A stretch of 64,000 nucleotides of DNA, taken from Histomonas meleagridis 2922-C6/04-290x (lineage: Eukaryota > Protista > Parabasalia). Shown piece by piece: positions 40,199-50,410 of this stretch. Below the pieces are notes generated by a model. That model had not been told where the DNA came from. It searched no databases and worked only from the letters and a program-made list of their open reading frames with translations. The stretch covers positions 868,001 to 932,000 of the forward strand of contig JAANOX010000205.1 of assembly GCA_020184695.1 (NCBI GenBank). Direction: 5' to 3'. Each line of letters starts with the position of its first letter. Within the stretch, counting starts at the first letter, position 1. A program made the position numbers and the translations under genes.

Positions 40199-41395
40199 TT
40201 AGTTTTTGGGGAGTGTGCAAAGTGTGGTGCGAACTTCCTTGTTCATAAACTTTACATACATTCCATCATTTAAAACCAAGTATCCGTTGGCGAAAAGTGG
40301 CGCCAATTGAGCGGTCTCATTGAAATTGAGAAGAACTTTTTCTGATTTTGAACAAATTTCCGAAGGAACTTTTGAGATGCCGATCCTTTGAATTGTTTGT
40401 TTTATTTCTTCTTTGATATTCAAAATGGACTTTTCAATGGGGACGTTGTAACGCAGATCTTCGAAAACACGTGCAAATGTTCCTTGGTGACTACCAAATG
40501 TGTTGAAGATCTTTCGGTACTCGGAACGCCTGAATAATGGATTCGTGAAAACAAATTTAGTTCGAGAATCATGAATTGGTTTGATGGTGAGAACTTGGAA
40601 TGATGAAGTAGTTTCTAAGTTAATGAGATTATGAGAATTCTTGATTTCAACAAAAACTGGTACATAGTCATTATAATGATTTCTTCGAGAAAGTCGTGAA
40701 ACTGCTGACTTGATGATTCTTGAATCAAGTTCATATATGTATTCAATATTTTGGAATATGAGAACAGGCCTAAGAAGCTCTTCATAGGCTTCAAATGTGT
40801 CAAAGAACTTGTGAACTGCCATCTCTGAGAAATTGCCAATTGATTCTAAAGTTGATGAAATTGCTATAAATGGTTTTTGTAATGCTGGATTAGGGAAACT
40901 AGGAATTGGCAAGGATGTCTCATTTTGAGGATCTTGAATTTCATTCAAACCAGTGATCATATTTGTTGAAAGAATATTATAGGCTTGAGTAAGACCAAGT
41001 GCAACAGCAGCTCGTATCCTTTTTACTAAGTCGTCAAGTGTTTTGACTTCTAAAGCATCAACATTAACTACAAATCTTCCTTCGTTCTGTAATTTCTCAG
41101 AAATTTGGTTAAGAACAGTAGATTTACCTGACTGACGTGCGCCTGTTATTAAAGCAACATTGCGAGTTGGTCTAGTTTGTATATAATATTGAATTGAACT
41201 ATTAAATGTTTTATCCCAATATATTGGAAACAAACCTTGATAACGATGGAATGGTAAAGACAATATTATAATTGTAATAAGAGCCAAAACTCCTATGATA
41301 ATTCCAATTATAATCTTGGTAGAGGAAGAATTTTTCATCCAAATGAAAAAACCGTCAATGACACTCCGCAAAAGTGACAAAAAGAACAATTTCAT
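40199..41395 (-). CDS. Membrane-anchored P-loop ATPase (archaeal ATPase_2/AAA_16-like)
   Basis: N-terminal TM, ALITGARQSGKST Walker A, degenerate Walker B VLIFQNIE; first ATG is at 41395. Confidence 0.7.
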   Translation of the reverse strand: MKLFFLSLLRSVIDGFFIWMKNSSSTKIIIGIIIGVLALITIIILSLPFHRYQGLFPIYWDKTFNSSIQYYIQTRPTRNVALITGARQSGKSTVLNQISEKLQNEGRFVVNVDALEVKTLDDLVKRIRAAVALGLTQAYNILSTNMITGLNEIQDPQNETSLPIPSFPNPALQKPFIAISSTLESIGNFSEMAVHKFFDTFEAYEELLRPVLIFQNIEYIYELDSRIIKSAVSRLSRRNHYNDYVPVFVEIKNSHNLINLETTSSFQVLTIKPIHDSRTKFVFTNPLFRRSEYRKIFNTFGSHQGTFARVFEDLRYNVPIEKSILNIKEEIKQTIQRIGISKVPSEICSKSEKVLLNFNETAQLAPLFANGYLVLNDGMYVKFMNKEVRTTLCTLPKN

Positions 41396-41457
41396 TTGCA
41401 GAATTAATTTCAATTGCAATTAAATTAATAAAACCAAATAATTATCAACAATTTTTA

Positions 41458-42276
41458 CTATTTTTCTCTTTTGGTTGTTTTATAAAATTCGATTTGCGAT
41501 TCAGCAATTTCTTGAATCAGTTTGGAATCTCTGTACTTAGGGTCATTCATTAAATATGGCCTTAGCTTTTCAATAAAGAACTCTTTCATTTGTTGAATCG
41601 ATTCTTTTTCTTTTTCTGTCAATGAATGTGTATCTAAACATAAATTTGTTATTAAATGAAGAACATCACGAAGAAGTTCCATTGGTGTTGTGACAAACCC
41701 ACACATTATTCGAGATATGATGTTATCAATTGACATATCTTTTAGGCCTAATGGTCCCTTTCCATTGATTGGAAGTGTTTGATACCATTTTTCAGATTTG
41801 GCTGCAACTGCAATTTGTGGTAGGATACTGACTTGCTGTTCTTCTGGCAGTTCAGGTTCTTCTTTGAATCGAAGCCATCTCATGTCGCTTTGGGATATTG
41901 GCTCATGATTATGATGTTTGCGTACATAGTTATTAAACCTAATCTGGTTATTTACAATTAAAAGCTGTTGGCGCAACTCAGCACGCCTTAACCTTTTAAT
42001 CTTTTCTTTGATGTCTTCAGAAGGATATGTAAAAGGATCTGATAAACTTCGAAAATCTCCAAATTCTGCGAGCATTTGAAGGTAAAAAAGATGGCATTGG
42101 TTAGAGTCAATTTGTATATCGTGTCCAAGAAATGCATTTGTAAATTCTTTGAGTTTTTGAAGAATTTTTTCCCAAGATTCTGTTGGATTTTCTTGATCGA
42201 ATCCTACGTAGTCAATTGCTTCTATTAAATAAAAGCGAAATGACCAATTTAAAGGGTCCATATATCCGCAAAACAT
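41458..42276 (-). CDS. BRD8-like protein (SANT-like N-terminus, coiled coil, degenerate bromodomain)
   Basis: W...YLIEAIDYVG...WEKI...C..FYLQML; LRRAELRQQL; DMSIDNIISRIMCGFVTTPMELLRDVLHLITN. Confidence 0.55.
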   Translation of the reverse strand: MFCGYMDPLNWSFRFYLIEAIDYVGFDQENPTESWEKILQKLKEFTNAFLGHDIQIDSNQCHLFYLQMLAEFGDFRSLSDPFTYPSEDIKEKIKRLRRAELRQQLLIVNNQIRFNNYVRKHHNHEPISQSDMRWLRFKEEPELPEEQQVSILPQIAVAAKSEKWYQTLPINGKGPLGLKDMSIDNIISRIMCGFVTTPMELLRDVLHLITNLCLDTHSLTEKEKESIQQMKEFFIEKLRPYLMNDPKYRDSKLIQEIAESQIEFYKTTKREK

Positions 42277-42384
42277 CGGCTGATGACCGTTTGCAGAAAA
42301 TAAACGCCCTCTTCTGCATTAATGCAAAAACAATTTAAAAATAAAATTATTTTTTATTTAATCATAAAAGGTAAACAGCATAAC

Positions 42385-43764
42385 TTATTTCAAATTCGCA
42401 ATAATCAATTCGGACATTTTTGCTATATTTTCATTTTCACTTTGCATATGGCATTCCAAATCTTGTGTCACGCTAAATTCGATTAATTTTTCTTTCAAAT
42501 TATTTCTTAACTTATCAACACTCAGTGCCTTTATTAAGATGCATAAAATCTTTTCCAGAATTGGATTATTTGATTCACATGAAAGGAAATCGAATGTCAA
42601 ATCTTCGAAATCATTATAAATACTCAATATAAAATCATCAAAGCCAAAAACGATTATATAATTCAACAATAAATTCATTAGTGCAACTTTCATTTTATAA
42701 GATGATGTCGTATTCTTCAAGCATTTGTTAATGAAAGCAAACAAATCTTTATTTAATAATTGCATGATTCCTAATTCGATAATATTTGCATATAAAAGAA
42801 GTACCGAAGTGGCAAAATTAACATCTTCAACAGTAAAATATATTGGAAATAGTTCGTTAATATTAACTAATGGTAAAAATAACTTTTGCGAATTATTTTT
42901 ATTAACAAAAGAAAACATATCATTATAAAAAGTAAATATTTTTGAAACAGATTTCGGCTTATTATCAATTGTGTAATTTTTTATTATTTCGGGAAGTAAT
43001 TCTTCAAAATGAAAGTAAAAGAAACTTTCTATACCTTCATCAGGAATATGCATAATGATATTCTTTATACACATTAAACTTTTAATGAATTGATTATCAT
43101 CTTTCGAATTAAAATATCGGTAAAAACATGTTAATGCACCTGTAAGACAACATGAAATCATTTCATCAGATAAATTAAAATATCGACTAAAATCATATAA
43201 AAGTCGAATTAAGATCCACGTTTTATCAGACGTTTGTACTGCTTTTGTGCACATAAAAATAATTTCAAGATCATTTTCAGTAATTTCAAATGTAATTGGT
43301 GTTGGTGGATATTTTATATAGAGAAAATGAAGCAAAGAAATACAACCACATTTACTGTCGTCATTAATGTATGGTAAAATTTTGAGAAAAGTTCGAAATG
43401 GATCAAAAGATAAAACCTGTTTTAGACAATCTAATGAAGATTGTGCAATAATTTTTATTATTTCAAGAAACACTAACTTATTTTCAAATTGTTCAAGTAA
43501 AATTGAGCAGAAAAGAATATTTATTAGTTTTGAATCTTTAAAAAAAATTGAAAAATTGCTAGGATTGTCCTTGGTAAGTAAAAATATTTGTTCTAAATTT
43601 GCTAACATAGAATTAAAATTTTGTTCTTTGAAAGAATTTGCTAATAATTGAACTAATGTGTAAAACGTAGAAACGCAATTTACACTTACACCAGAAGTTG
43701 GAGATGGTGTTTCATCAAAAGATCCAATAGGTGCCTCTGATATGCTTGTTCCTTTGTATTCCAT
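42385..43764 (-). CDS. ARM-repeat protein
   Basis: 459 aa ORF ending MQSENENIAKMSELII, similar to the C-terminus of the 35053 gene. Confidence 0.65.
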   Translation of the reverse strand: MEYKGTSISEAPIGSFDETPSPTSGVSVNCVSTFYTLVQLLANSFKEQNFNSMLANLEQIFLLTKDNPSNFSIFFKDSKLINILFCSILLEQFENKLVFLEIIKIIAQSSLDCLKQVLSFDPFRTFLKILPYINDDSKCGCISLLHFLYIKYPPTPITFEITENDLEIIFMCTKAVQTSDKTWILIRLLYDFSRYFNLSDEMISCCLTGALTCFYRYFNSKDDNQFIKSLMCIKNIIMHIPDEGIESFFYFHFEELLPEIIKNYTIDNKPKSVSKIFTFYNDMFSFVNKNNSQKLFLPLVNINELFPIYFTVEDVNFATSVLLLYANIIELGIMQLLNKDLFAFINKCLKNTTSSYKMKVALMNLLLNYIIVFGFDDFILSIYNDFEDLTFDFLSCESNNPILEKILCILIKALSVDKLRNNLKEKLIEFSVTQDLECHMQSENENIAKMSELIIANLK

Positions 43765-43963
43765 CTCTTAGATTTCACATCACATTTCAATAGATGGAAA
43801 ATGAATTCGAATTCACAAAACAAGTCCTATGAAAAGAATGCCAGACTTCCGGCTTTGAGGTGGTTTCATAAAACGATATACATGCATATCCAACTGCAGT
43901 TTATAATTTTTTGAAATTTTGCCCGCGTATTTTTGCGTTTGCTGGTGCCCGCCAACTTAGAAA

Positions 43964-45340
43964 ATGAGCGCTGTTTCCGATCTTCTTCTCAAGAAAGGAA
44001 ATCTTTCTTCTGTATGGATTGCAGGAACAATGAAAGACAAGCTTGGAAAAAAAGTAATTCTTCAAACTGATATTACTTCTGTTGCAAATCAAATTATGGA
44101 TAATGTTCAAATAAATTTGGTTCTAAGGGTTAGTGGTATGCTTCTTAAAGGTCTTGTTGTTGTTTATTCCAAAAAAACTCAATACATGCTTGTAGATTGC
44201 GAAGAAATAATTTCCAAGATCATGCAATCATTTAAACCCGATGCAGTTAACTTACCATCTAACAAGCGTATTACTTTAGATGCAGCTACAGTTCCTCTTG
44301 GTAAAGAGGTACCAAAAACAGAAACAATTGATCTTGATCAATGGATCATTGCACAAAATCCAGAGCAAACATTTTCAATTCAAGCCATTCCAATTGAGTT
44401 TTCAGTATCTGATAGCTCACAAACCTTAACTCAACTTTCTGATTCAGGATATTCTTCATCATCAGTTCAATCTTCACAAATATTCCAAAGTGACCATGAT
44501 TTTGGGGAATCACCCATTCAACTCCAACCAATAGAGAAGATGCCATCTGCACCCCTAGTTCCTGAATGGGTAGATCTTCCCGAATCAGAATATGAGGCGC
44601 CACCACAGCTTGATTTTGACGACACCTCAACCACAGAAGTCGAAGAAGAGAAAACACGAGCTCGAATTGTTGATAGTTCCATTGATCTTCCTGACAAGAA
44701 GACAACACAAAGGAAGCGAGTGAGGAGTTCCGTTGCATCTCATCGCCGTGTTATACTTCCACAAAACGAAGAACTTGAAAATCTATTTGAAATTGCTAAG
44801 CAACAATTTGTTAAGCCACCAATAAAGGAACCCGAAAGTGATGATTTCCAAGGATTTGGAGGTTTAAGCGACGACGACATTGAAATCGAGCGAACGAGAG
44901 ACGCCGAAATCCCAATGCCAATACCGGAAGACATTGATGAATCAAGTCGGCCAAGTCTTTCTGGCTCCGACATTGAGTTTGAGCCAAGAAGATCAAGTCT
45001 AAGCGGAATAACGACGCCAAGTTTCGGCGGCGAAAAACATACGTTTAATTTAGAATCGCCTTTCCCGAACTTTAAATTTGCTGTTGAAGCAACGCCTCGA
45101 AAATCCGTCGAAGATTCGATTACAAATAATACGATTAAAACACTTAACAAGTTGAGAAAGGCTATGGGCGATTCAGAAAGTATAACTTTCGATAAGGCTT
45201 TCGGAGGATCGTCAAGACATGGAGCTGCATATGCGTTTTACCAAATGCTTGTATTGGGATCGACGGGCGCAATCAAAATCAATCAGGAAGAGCCATACGG
45301 ACAAATTGAAATAATTCCTGGAGAAAGATTTAAGCGTTGA
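43964..45340 (+). CDS. RAD21: Cohesin alpha-kleisin (Rad21/Rec8 family)
   Basis: N-terminal LLLKKGNLSSVWIAGT...LRVSGMLLKGLVVVYSKKTQYMLVDC; C-terminal winged helix RHGAAYAFYQMLVL...INQEEPYGQIEI. Rad21 versus Rec8 is not resolved. Confidence 0.88.
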   Translation: MSAVSDLLLKKGNLSSVWIAGTMKDKLGKKVILQTDITSVANQIMDNVQINLVLRVSGMLLKGLVVVYSKKTQYMLVDCEEIISKIMQSFKPDAVNLPSNKRITLDAATVPLGKEVPKTETIDLDQWIIAQNPEQTFSIQAIPIEFSVSDSSQTLTQLSDSGYSSSSVQSSQIFQSDHDFGESPIQLQPIEKMPSAPLVPEWVDLPESEYEAPPQLDFDDTSTTEVEEEKTRARIVDSSIDLPDKKTTQRKRVRSSVASHRRVILPQNEELENLFEIAKQQFVKPPIKEPESDDFQGFGGLSDDDIEIERTRDAEIPMPIPEDIDESSRPSLSGSDIEFEPRRSSLSGITTPSFGGEKHTFNLESPFPNFKFAVEATPRKSVEDSITNNTIKTLNKLRKAMGDSESITFDKAFGGSSRHGAAYAFYQMLVLGSTGAIKINQEEPYGQIEIIPGERFKR

Positions 45341-45803
45341 ACTAATGAGAAATTGTGAATTGTCCAATAAACTTCATTTTCATTTATAATATTATTATGT
45401 GGTCTTTACAAATTATTGGATACAATCCATTCTAATATTATAAAAAATTGTTTCGCTTAATATGAATTAATTATCATTTCTTTCTTATTTTAACAAAACA
45501 ATGAATTTTTTTTGTATTATTAACATTTTTGTAGATTACGCCTTTAAATATGTAATCGAATTTAAAAAAAAAATCACATTTTAATAAACTTATTACATCA
45601 TTGTTATGAGTATTCAAATGATGTCAATTACATTAAACAAATTTAACTCAATTTCTAAACTAAATTCGGGGATTATAATTATCATAAATAAGACTTTCTC
45701 TTTCTTCCTATTAATGATTATTTTTATTATAAAAAAAATATTTTAGAAATGATAAAGAGAAAAGTATACAAATTTATAGTAATTCTAATTTGAAATTTTT
45801 TAT

Positions 45804-46553
45804 TTATTCAATATTTTGCAAGTTTCGTTTGATGCCATCGAGTGTTTCTTCAATGTTTTGACACTGAGTACTGATCCACTGTAGGGAATGTAAGTGGCAA
45901 TTTGCGATCTGAGTGACTTTGTCGATGTTTGATGATGCTTCTTTCTGTCTTTGTCCGTCTGTCTGCTCAACAATTTCCTTAAGTTGATTCTCCATATGGT
46001 GATACTTTTCGCCGAGCTCGTGTGCAAGTCTATACAATTGTTGCCTTGGATTTGTGTTTGATTCAACTTTGTTCTTGATCTTGTCTTGAAGAGTTCTGAT
46101 GAAGGCATCTTGCTCTTGAAGAAGTGCTTCGGTTGACTGATAAAGCTCTTTTTGTGCTCCCTCAATGGTTTTAATTTGCTGCTCAAGATGTTGCATAAGA
46201 GCTAAACATTCAAATATTGAGCGGTCCCACCTGGCAATCTGCTTAGCTTGAGTGAGAAATTGGTTTGATTGTTGGTTGAGTTGTGCTTCAAATTGATCAA
46301 GCATATCTTTGACTGTTTTATCTTTAAGTTCTGGTGGAAAATTCACTTCTTCAGGTGGTTTTTGAGCTGTAGTAGTACTACCAAAGCCACCAAAGGTGCC
46401 AGTGCTACCAAAGCTACCAAAGGTACCAGTGCTACCAAAGGTACCAGTGCCTGTAGATTTACCAGCACTATTTGATGCTTGTGATGAGCCTGAAGGCTTA
46501 TTTTGTGATGTACTTTGAAAGAAACTTGAACCGCCGAAAAGATTGTTAGTCAT
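45804..46553 (-). CDS. NUP62: Nucleoporin Nup62/Nsp1
   Basis: Short FG tract (GTFGSTGTFGSFGSTGTFGGFG) plus Nsp1_C coiled coil LKDKTVKDMLDQFEAQL...FLTQAKQIARWDRSI. Confidence 0.85.
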   Translation of the reverse strand: MTNNLFGGSSFFQSTSQNKPSGSSQASNSAGKSTGTGTFGSTGTFGSFGSTGTFGGFGSTTTAQKPPEEVNFPPELKDKTVKDMLDQFEAQLNQQSNQFLTQAKQIARWDRSIFECLALMQHLEQQIKTIEGAQKELYQSTEALLQEQDAFIRTLQDKIKNKVESNTNPRQQLYRLAHELGEKYHHMENQLKEIVEQTDGQRQKEASSNIDKVTQIANCHLHSLQWISTQCQNIEETLDGIKRNLQNIE

Positions 46554-46873
46554 GTATTTGGTCCTAAGGATCTATTTTGACAATGTTTGTCAAATTTTTG
46601 CACGAATTTCTATTATTTATTATAAAAAGTGCTTCGAAAGAGGTCTATCTCCAAATTAGGCCTATCAACTTTATATTTATCTAATAACTTTCCATGTAAT
46701 AATTTTCTGTTTATCAAAACCAATTACCACTAAACTTCAGAGAAGGGCAAATCTAATATTATAGAGAATATAAACCCAAAATCATGAGTTATTCAGGAAA
46801 CATAGAAAGTATTTTTTCATATCGCTTTTTTATATCGATGAAAATCTCGATGAACAAAAAAGTTATATATAAA

Positions 46874-47064
46874 CTCTTTTATTGCCACATGAAATTCTGA
46901 AAATATGGCAAGCACGCATGCAAAAAAATGGCAACTCTATTGGAGTGATTACGATAATAACCGTTCCGATAGAGTATTTTGTAGTCACTTTTATAAAAAG
47001 TATATTGCCATTTTTTGGATGCGTGCTTGCCATATTTTCAGAATTTCATGTGGCAATAAAAGAG
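46874..47064. repeat. Long inverted repeat: perfect 46-bp arms (46874-46919 / 47019-47064), imperfect extension inward to about 60 bp, 70-bp loop
   Basis: ctcttttattgccacatgaaattctgaaaatatggcaagcacgcat and its exact reverse complement, read directly. Confidence 0.95.
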
Positions 47065-47662
47065 CTTAATATTTTCTTAATATTACCGAAAAAGAATACG
47101 ATCCCGGACACGAAAATGTGTCCATCGGCAGGAAATTTATGTACAAAAATAACCGCCATTTATGAATAAAGGTTTACACTAATTTTACAATCCCTTAAAA
47201 TTATCAAAAAGTTACGAATCAACTTCACATATATGTAAAGTATTCATATATGGCAAGAGATTTTGAAAATGGCAATATGGCACTAGTGCCCGGTTGAAGT
47301 ATATTTAAAAATTAAAAAGAAATCTATAAAAGGGTAAGTTGATTGACAGTGTCTTGACTGCACCCACCCCTAAGGGATCATTTTTTCTCAACATAGTTTC
47401 TTTAATACAATACATTTTGTGATCATACATGATCTAAGCTTAAAGTTTATTAACAGATTTTGGATAAAGATAAATCCGTTTTAAAAATTAAAGACGTTAA
47501 GTAAAGTTGACTACCTCTTCACATAGAACATCTGTCTACGTTATTATAATATTTTTATTGCTTTTATGAAATTTAGTTGATTTAAAGCTTGTTTAAACGA
47601 GGAACATCAAAAAATTTCAAGTTAATTTTTAGATGAAACATTTTTTTTAAATAGTTGAAGTA

Positions 47663-48040
47663 TTACTTTTTTGAAAAAATATGATACAAAAATTTCCCAC
47701 CAAAATACAAAGTGCACAAAGAAATAAAAACAAGAAGCGCAATTTTGAACACACCAAAGTAAGTTGGGTCATCAGTTATTGAAGAGAGAAATTGTCTACT
47801 TTTTGACGTAAGATCCGATGATTTAAACAAGCTAGAACGTAATGACTCAAGTTCTGCATTATCGTTGCTTAATGTTTGATCCACATTCCGTGTCATTCCA
47901 AGTAATTGACTAGTTTTTTCTCTAAGAGCATCAAGCATTACTTCATTTCCACTAGCAATAGCATCCGCTGCTGCAGTGTCATCTCTGTATGGAGAACTAC
48001 CACCAAACCCTTGTTGATTGTTATTTCTTTTCATGTTCAT
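47663..48040 (-). CDS. Tail-anchored Qc-SNARE (Bet1-like)
   Basis: NEVMLDALREKTSQLLGMTRNV heptads plus a C-terminal TM. Confidence 0.7.
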   Translation of the reverse strand: MNMKRNNNQQGFGGSSPYRDDTAAADAIASGNEVMLDALREKTSQLLGMTRNVDQTLSNDNAELESLRSSLFKSSDLTSKSRQFLSSITDDPTYFGVFKIALLVFISLCTLYFGGKFLYHIFSKK

Positions 48041-48496
48041 AAATTGGTCAATTGCTAGCTCAAGATTTTCAAACGTTCTCCACTTTTTAAAGAATTTTTA
48101 CTTTTCTTGTGGATAAAACTCATACTTATATGAGTTATATCCCATTTTGAGATTTTAATAGAGTTAAGTTATTTTGATAGTAAAAAATGATAATCAAATT
48201 TATCTAATTTTTTATTATAATAAATACAATTACAATATGGCCATATTAAATTTCTTCTAATAGTCAGTACAAGTTGTTTTTTTTCAAATCTATATGTTTC
48301 TTTTGTTATTAACAAAAGCTATGGATAAAGGTTCGCTGAAGTCATTAGTTTATTTTTGCTCACAAAAATCTTGACAGTTTTGGAGGGGATTGGAAAAAAA
48401 TTGCCATAGAAACGTTTACACATAATCTCACTCAAAAAATGAAATTTGAATAAACACAGAATACCAAACAAAGGCTCTTTACTTGTGTCAAATAAC

Positions 48497-50332
48497 ATGG
48501 ACAAATACAGACGACAGCTAAGGGAACAAAATCCAATTGATTGGAACTCTGTTAATAAAGCATGGATCGAACTAATGAATGTAAAAATCAATATCCAGTT
48601 TCAACAATTTTTCGATGAAATTGTTAACCAATATCTTAAATCCCCACATAACTTTCTTTCTCATATCAAAAAAGCACAAACTTTCCCTGCTAAAATTCCT
48701 GATGATTTTTTGTCACTTGATATCATGACTCGGTCTCTTCATTTTTTCTCATATTTCAAATTTATCTTTAACTTCGATAAGCTAGAAAAATTTGTATGCC
48801 AGACAAATTTTGAACCTTCACATTTTAATGAGCATTTTGGGAAACAAACAGATCTCTTATTTAGTTCAATTACTCATTTATATGTCAAAATGACAACTTC
48901 ATTAGATCAATCACTCTTTTGTAAATATGTTGTTAAGACAGTACGTGTATTTTCCAAGCTTTTAGTTCCAGATGGTTATCGTCAATTAACTTCGAAAAAT
49001 TTCAAACTTAAATATATCTATATGTCACCTATTTTATACACACGAGATCAAAACACCAAAGTCCCTAGTTACTGTTGTATTAACGAGCAGGGTGATTTTG
49101 TTATTCTTGATAATTCACCAGATAATAATCAACTTGACAAATTCAATCAAACAGTCTATACAGGCATGATGGAAGATGAGAAGCTTTTATTCTACAAAGA
49201 TGACAACAATCCTGTTATTGAACTTATATTTCCAACCAGTGATAATGCGTCAGATGCGTTTATCTTTTCACTTACACCACCAGAACCCGGCTTTATGGAG
49301 CTCATAAGTTTCCTTCATTCTTTCCAAGCATTTAAGAACAAGAAGTTACTCAATAGTGAATTTCCCTCACAACTTCCCAAAATATTCAAAACTGAAATCC
49401 AAAAGTGCATTGAATCCTCATCGATGGAACTTTTGTTTTATGCCTTTTCGATATCGCAAAAGAACACCAAGATCAATGAACGGAACATCAAATTCTTTAT
49501 TTCTGCTTTAGGTGATAAATTGATGCCCTTTATTCGAGCCCTTTTACATATGAATTGGTGTGAAGAACCATTTGGAGGGCATATTATACTACGACATGAT
49601 TCACCATTATCATCATTATTACGTATGTTATTAAAGTTTTATTGTGAAGATTATATCAAATATATGATGACTGAAATCAAGAAGATCATTGATGAATCCG
49701 ATGAATTTATTCATGAAATGCCAATCTCAAATGAAGAAGATGCAATGACATTTATCCAAAAAGTGTTTTATCGAGAAATTGATACTTTATTCGATTCGGT
49801 GGATACAAAAATGTCATCATTATTAAGGAGTGTAATTAGAGCTGTCTTTATACGAACTGCCGGATTTTATATCAATCAACATGCGCCTTATTTAACTATA
49901 CCTAATTTGATGTTATTACGTTATATTCTTCCTCCAATTACAACTACTATTACGTTGTCTTATCAATCAGGTTCAAAGTCTCAAGCAATATCGAAACTTG
50001 CTTCTTCTTCATTTTTATCATTGTTTTATCGTAATGGTTGGACATCTGATCCATTCTTATCGAAGTATAGTAAATATATGGAGAAGTATTATCAAAAATC
50101 AGTCGAATTTGCTATACATGTAATCGATTGTCATGATTATCAATTCGATAATCCAAAAATTTATTTGGATGATCAATGGGATATGATCGATTTGTTATCA
50201 GACGCTGCTGATAACTTGATCTTTAATGATATGAAAAGCCCAAATAAAATATTGGATACACATATTTATAGCATATCAATAATGCAAATGATTGAAGAAT
50301 ACGCATATGATTTTTCAATTGTTCCGAAATAA
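48497..50332 (+). CDS. RasGAP-domain protein
   Basis: ILRHDSPLSSLL (Arg-finger region) and LMLLRYILPPI (FLR-like motif); first ATG is at 48497. Confidence 0.72.
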   Translation: MDKYRRQLREQNPIDWNSVNKAWIELMNVKINIQFQQFFDEIVNQYLKSPHNFLSHIKKAQTFPAKIPDDFLSLDIMTRSLHFFSYFKFIFNFDKLEKFVCQTNFEPSHFNEHFGKQTDLLFSSITHLYVKMTTSLDQSLFCKYVVKTVRVFSKLLVPDGYRQLTSKNFKLKYIYMSPILYTRDQNTKVPSYCCINEQGDFVILDNSPDNNQLDKFNQTVYTGMMEDEKLLFYKDDNNPVIELIFPTSDNASDAFIFSLTPPEPGFMELISFLHSFQAFKNKKLLNSEFPSQLPKIFKTEIQKCIESSSMELLFYAFSISQKNTKINERNIKFFISALGDKLMPFIRALLHMNWCEEPFGGHIILRHDSPLSSLLRMLLKFYCEDYIKYMMTEIKKIIDESDEFIHEMPISNEEDAMTFIQKVFYREIDTLFDSVDTKMSSLLRSVIRAVFIRTAGFYINQHAPYLTIPNLMLLRYILPPITTTITLSYQSGSKSQAISKLASSSFLSLFYRNGWTSDPFLSKYSKYMEKYYQKSVEFAIHVIDCHDYQFDNPKIYLDDQWDMIDLLSDAADNLIFNDMKSPNKILDTHIYSISIMQMIEEYAYDFSIVPK

Positions 50333-50410
50333 ACAATTCAATTATTTGAACTTTTTGTGTAGGGATTTTGACATCAAAACTCTGATGTTATAATTAAATT
50401 TTTTTATTGT

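Noticed and set aside
43600-43610. gctaacatag intron 3' motif
   Set aside because: Lies antisense within an uninterrupted coding sequence
46882-47169. 95-codon ORF across the inverted repeat
   Set aside because: Non-ATG start and sequence dictated by the palindrome
48041-48123. Upstream exon/intron extending the SNARE
   Set aside because: The frame stays open only to 48097, and removing the 19-nt GT..AG candidate does not restore the frame; no CTAAC branch point
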